Part shown: positions 62,728 to 64,000 of the stretch, one piece after another
Numbering within the stretch: position 1 is the first letter of the stretch
Layout: each line of letters begins with the position of its first letter
From: Mobula birostris
Lineage: Eukaryota
DNA length: 64,000 nt
Direction: 5' to 3'
Assembly (NCBI RefSeq): GCF_030028105.1
Contig: NC_092385.1
Span: 25,882,774 to 25,946,773 of the forward strand
Position numbers and translations under genes: made by a program
Notes under the pieces: generated by a model
Database searches by the model: none
What the model was told of the DNA's origin: nothing
Seen by the model: only the letters and a program-made list of their open reading frames with translations

Positions 62728-63212
62728 TAGTCATAGTCATAGTCATAGTCATACTTTATTGATCCCGGGGGAAATTGGTTTTCGTTACAGTTCAACATAA
62801 ATAATAAATAGTAATAGAACCATAAATAGTTAAATAGTAATATGTAAATTATGCCAGTAAATTATGAAATAAGTCCAGGACCAGCCTATTGGCTCAGGGT
62901 GTCTGACCCTCCAAGGGAAGAGTTGTAAAGTTTGATGGCCACAGGCTGGAATGACTTCCTATGACGCTCTGTGTTGCATCTCGGTGGAATGAGTCTCTGG
63001 CTGAATGTACTCCTGTGCCCACCCAGTACATTATGTAGTGGATGGGAGACATTGACCAAGATGGCATGCAACTTAGACAGCCCCCTCTTTTCAGATACCA
63101 CCGTGACAGAGTCCAGTTCCATACCCACAACATCACTGGCCTTACAGATGAGTTTGTTGATTCTGTTGGTGTCTGCTGCCCTCAGCCTGCTGCCCCAGCA
63201 CACAACAGTATA
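62728..63212 (-). mobile_element. Rex1/Babar-type LINE 3' fragment with (CTATGA)n tail
   Basis: CWGSRLRAADTNRINKLI...RHRKSFQPVAIKLYN; TCATAG repeats. Confidence 0.75.
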
Positions 63213-63751
63213 ACCTTCAGCAGAGTTGTTAACATACTTGAAATGACTATTTCATTGAGCTTGACGATGCACGAGTTGTATGAAACACCCCATTTTAATG
63301 ATCAGCCTCTCTATTATTCAGCATTTATTAACCACCCAATTGATTGACTGAAAAAGAGAAACATACTCTGCTATAAAATCACAGTGCCAACATGCTCAAC
63401 CATCTCTTTGCTCAATAAACTGAAAAGAAAGCTGGATCTGTTACCATGATCTTGAATATTAACTGTTATCTGGTGTTTTATTACTGACCAGTCACAGTGG
63501 CTGGCAGTGATTGGGGCTGAGCTCGACTTTGTATTCAGTGAGTGGCGACATGCCTTTGGAGCAGTACCACGCTGGATCTGGGTCAAAGGCGACATTCCAG
63601 GCCACTGAACCAAAGCAGATCAAAACATTTTAATGTATTTTTAAAAAAATCCTACTATTATAAAAATAAGTCATCCCACATCAGGCACAAAATAGATTGT
63701 GAAATGCATCATTTTTTTTGTGTGTGACAAGCCTTGCTGGATTTGCCTTGT

Positions 63752-63767
63752 TCAGCAGATGGCAGCA
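63752..63767 (+). promoter_or_regulatory. CTCF-like motif
   Basis: tCAGCAGATGGCAGCa matches CCASYAGRKGGCRS except at position 1. Confidence 0.4.
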
Positions 63768-64000
63768 ACATTCAGTTTGTTGCCAAACCACAGCCTCAGT
63801 CCCAGGTTCTCAACACCAGCTCACTCTGCGTCTGTGCCTTGAGAAACAATAATAATGCCTCCATTGCCCTTCCCATTTGTGTCAGGATAATTGCATTTTT
63901 AAAAAACTGCACCTCACAAAAGGTCCATTTCTATATCAGTATCTGTGGTCTGGGTAGCTTTCGACCTGATGGCATAAATATTGATTTATCTAATTTCCAG

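Overview
Vertebrate genomic DNA, most likely an elasmobranch (ray/shark; inferred from CR1-, Rex1- and Penelope-rich repeats and HE1/V-SINE-like elements). It holds the conserved block PDHB(-; first two coding exons only) - KCTD6(+; complete, 237 aa) - ACOX2(-; complete, 14 coding exons, 669 aa, C-terminal SKL) - FAM107A(-; last two exons). Most exons were reconstructed by hand from GT-AG boundaries and reading frame. Introns and intergenic DNA are packed with transposon relics: CR1, Rex1/Babar, Nimb/I and L1 LINEs, Penelope-like GIY-YIG elements, two full-extent hAT transposons with 8-bp TSDs, Tigger/Tc1 elements, MITEs and SINEs. The most notable non-coding signal is a dispersed family of minimal hammerhead ribozyme motifs (AGTC-CUGACGA-stem II-GAAAC-GUC-GACU) in Penelope-like 3' ends. 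The best-preserved Penelope copies flank the PDHB and ACOX2 promoters, pointing away from them. Intact cores occur only antisense to host genes or between genes.
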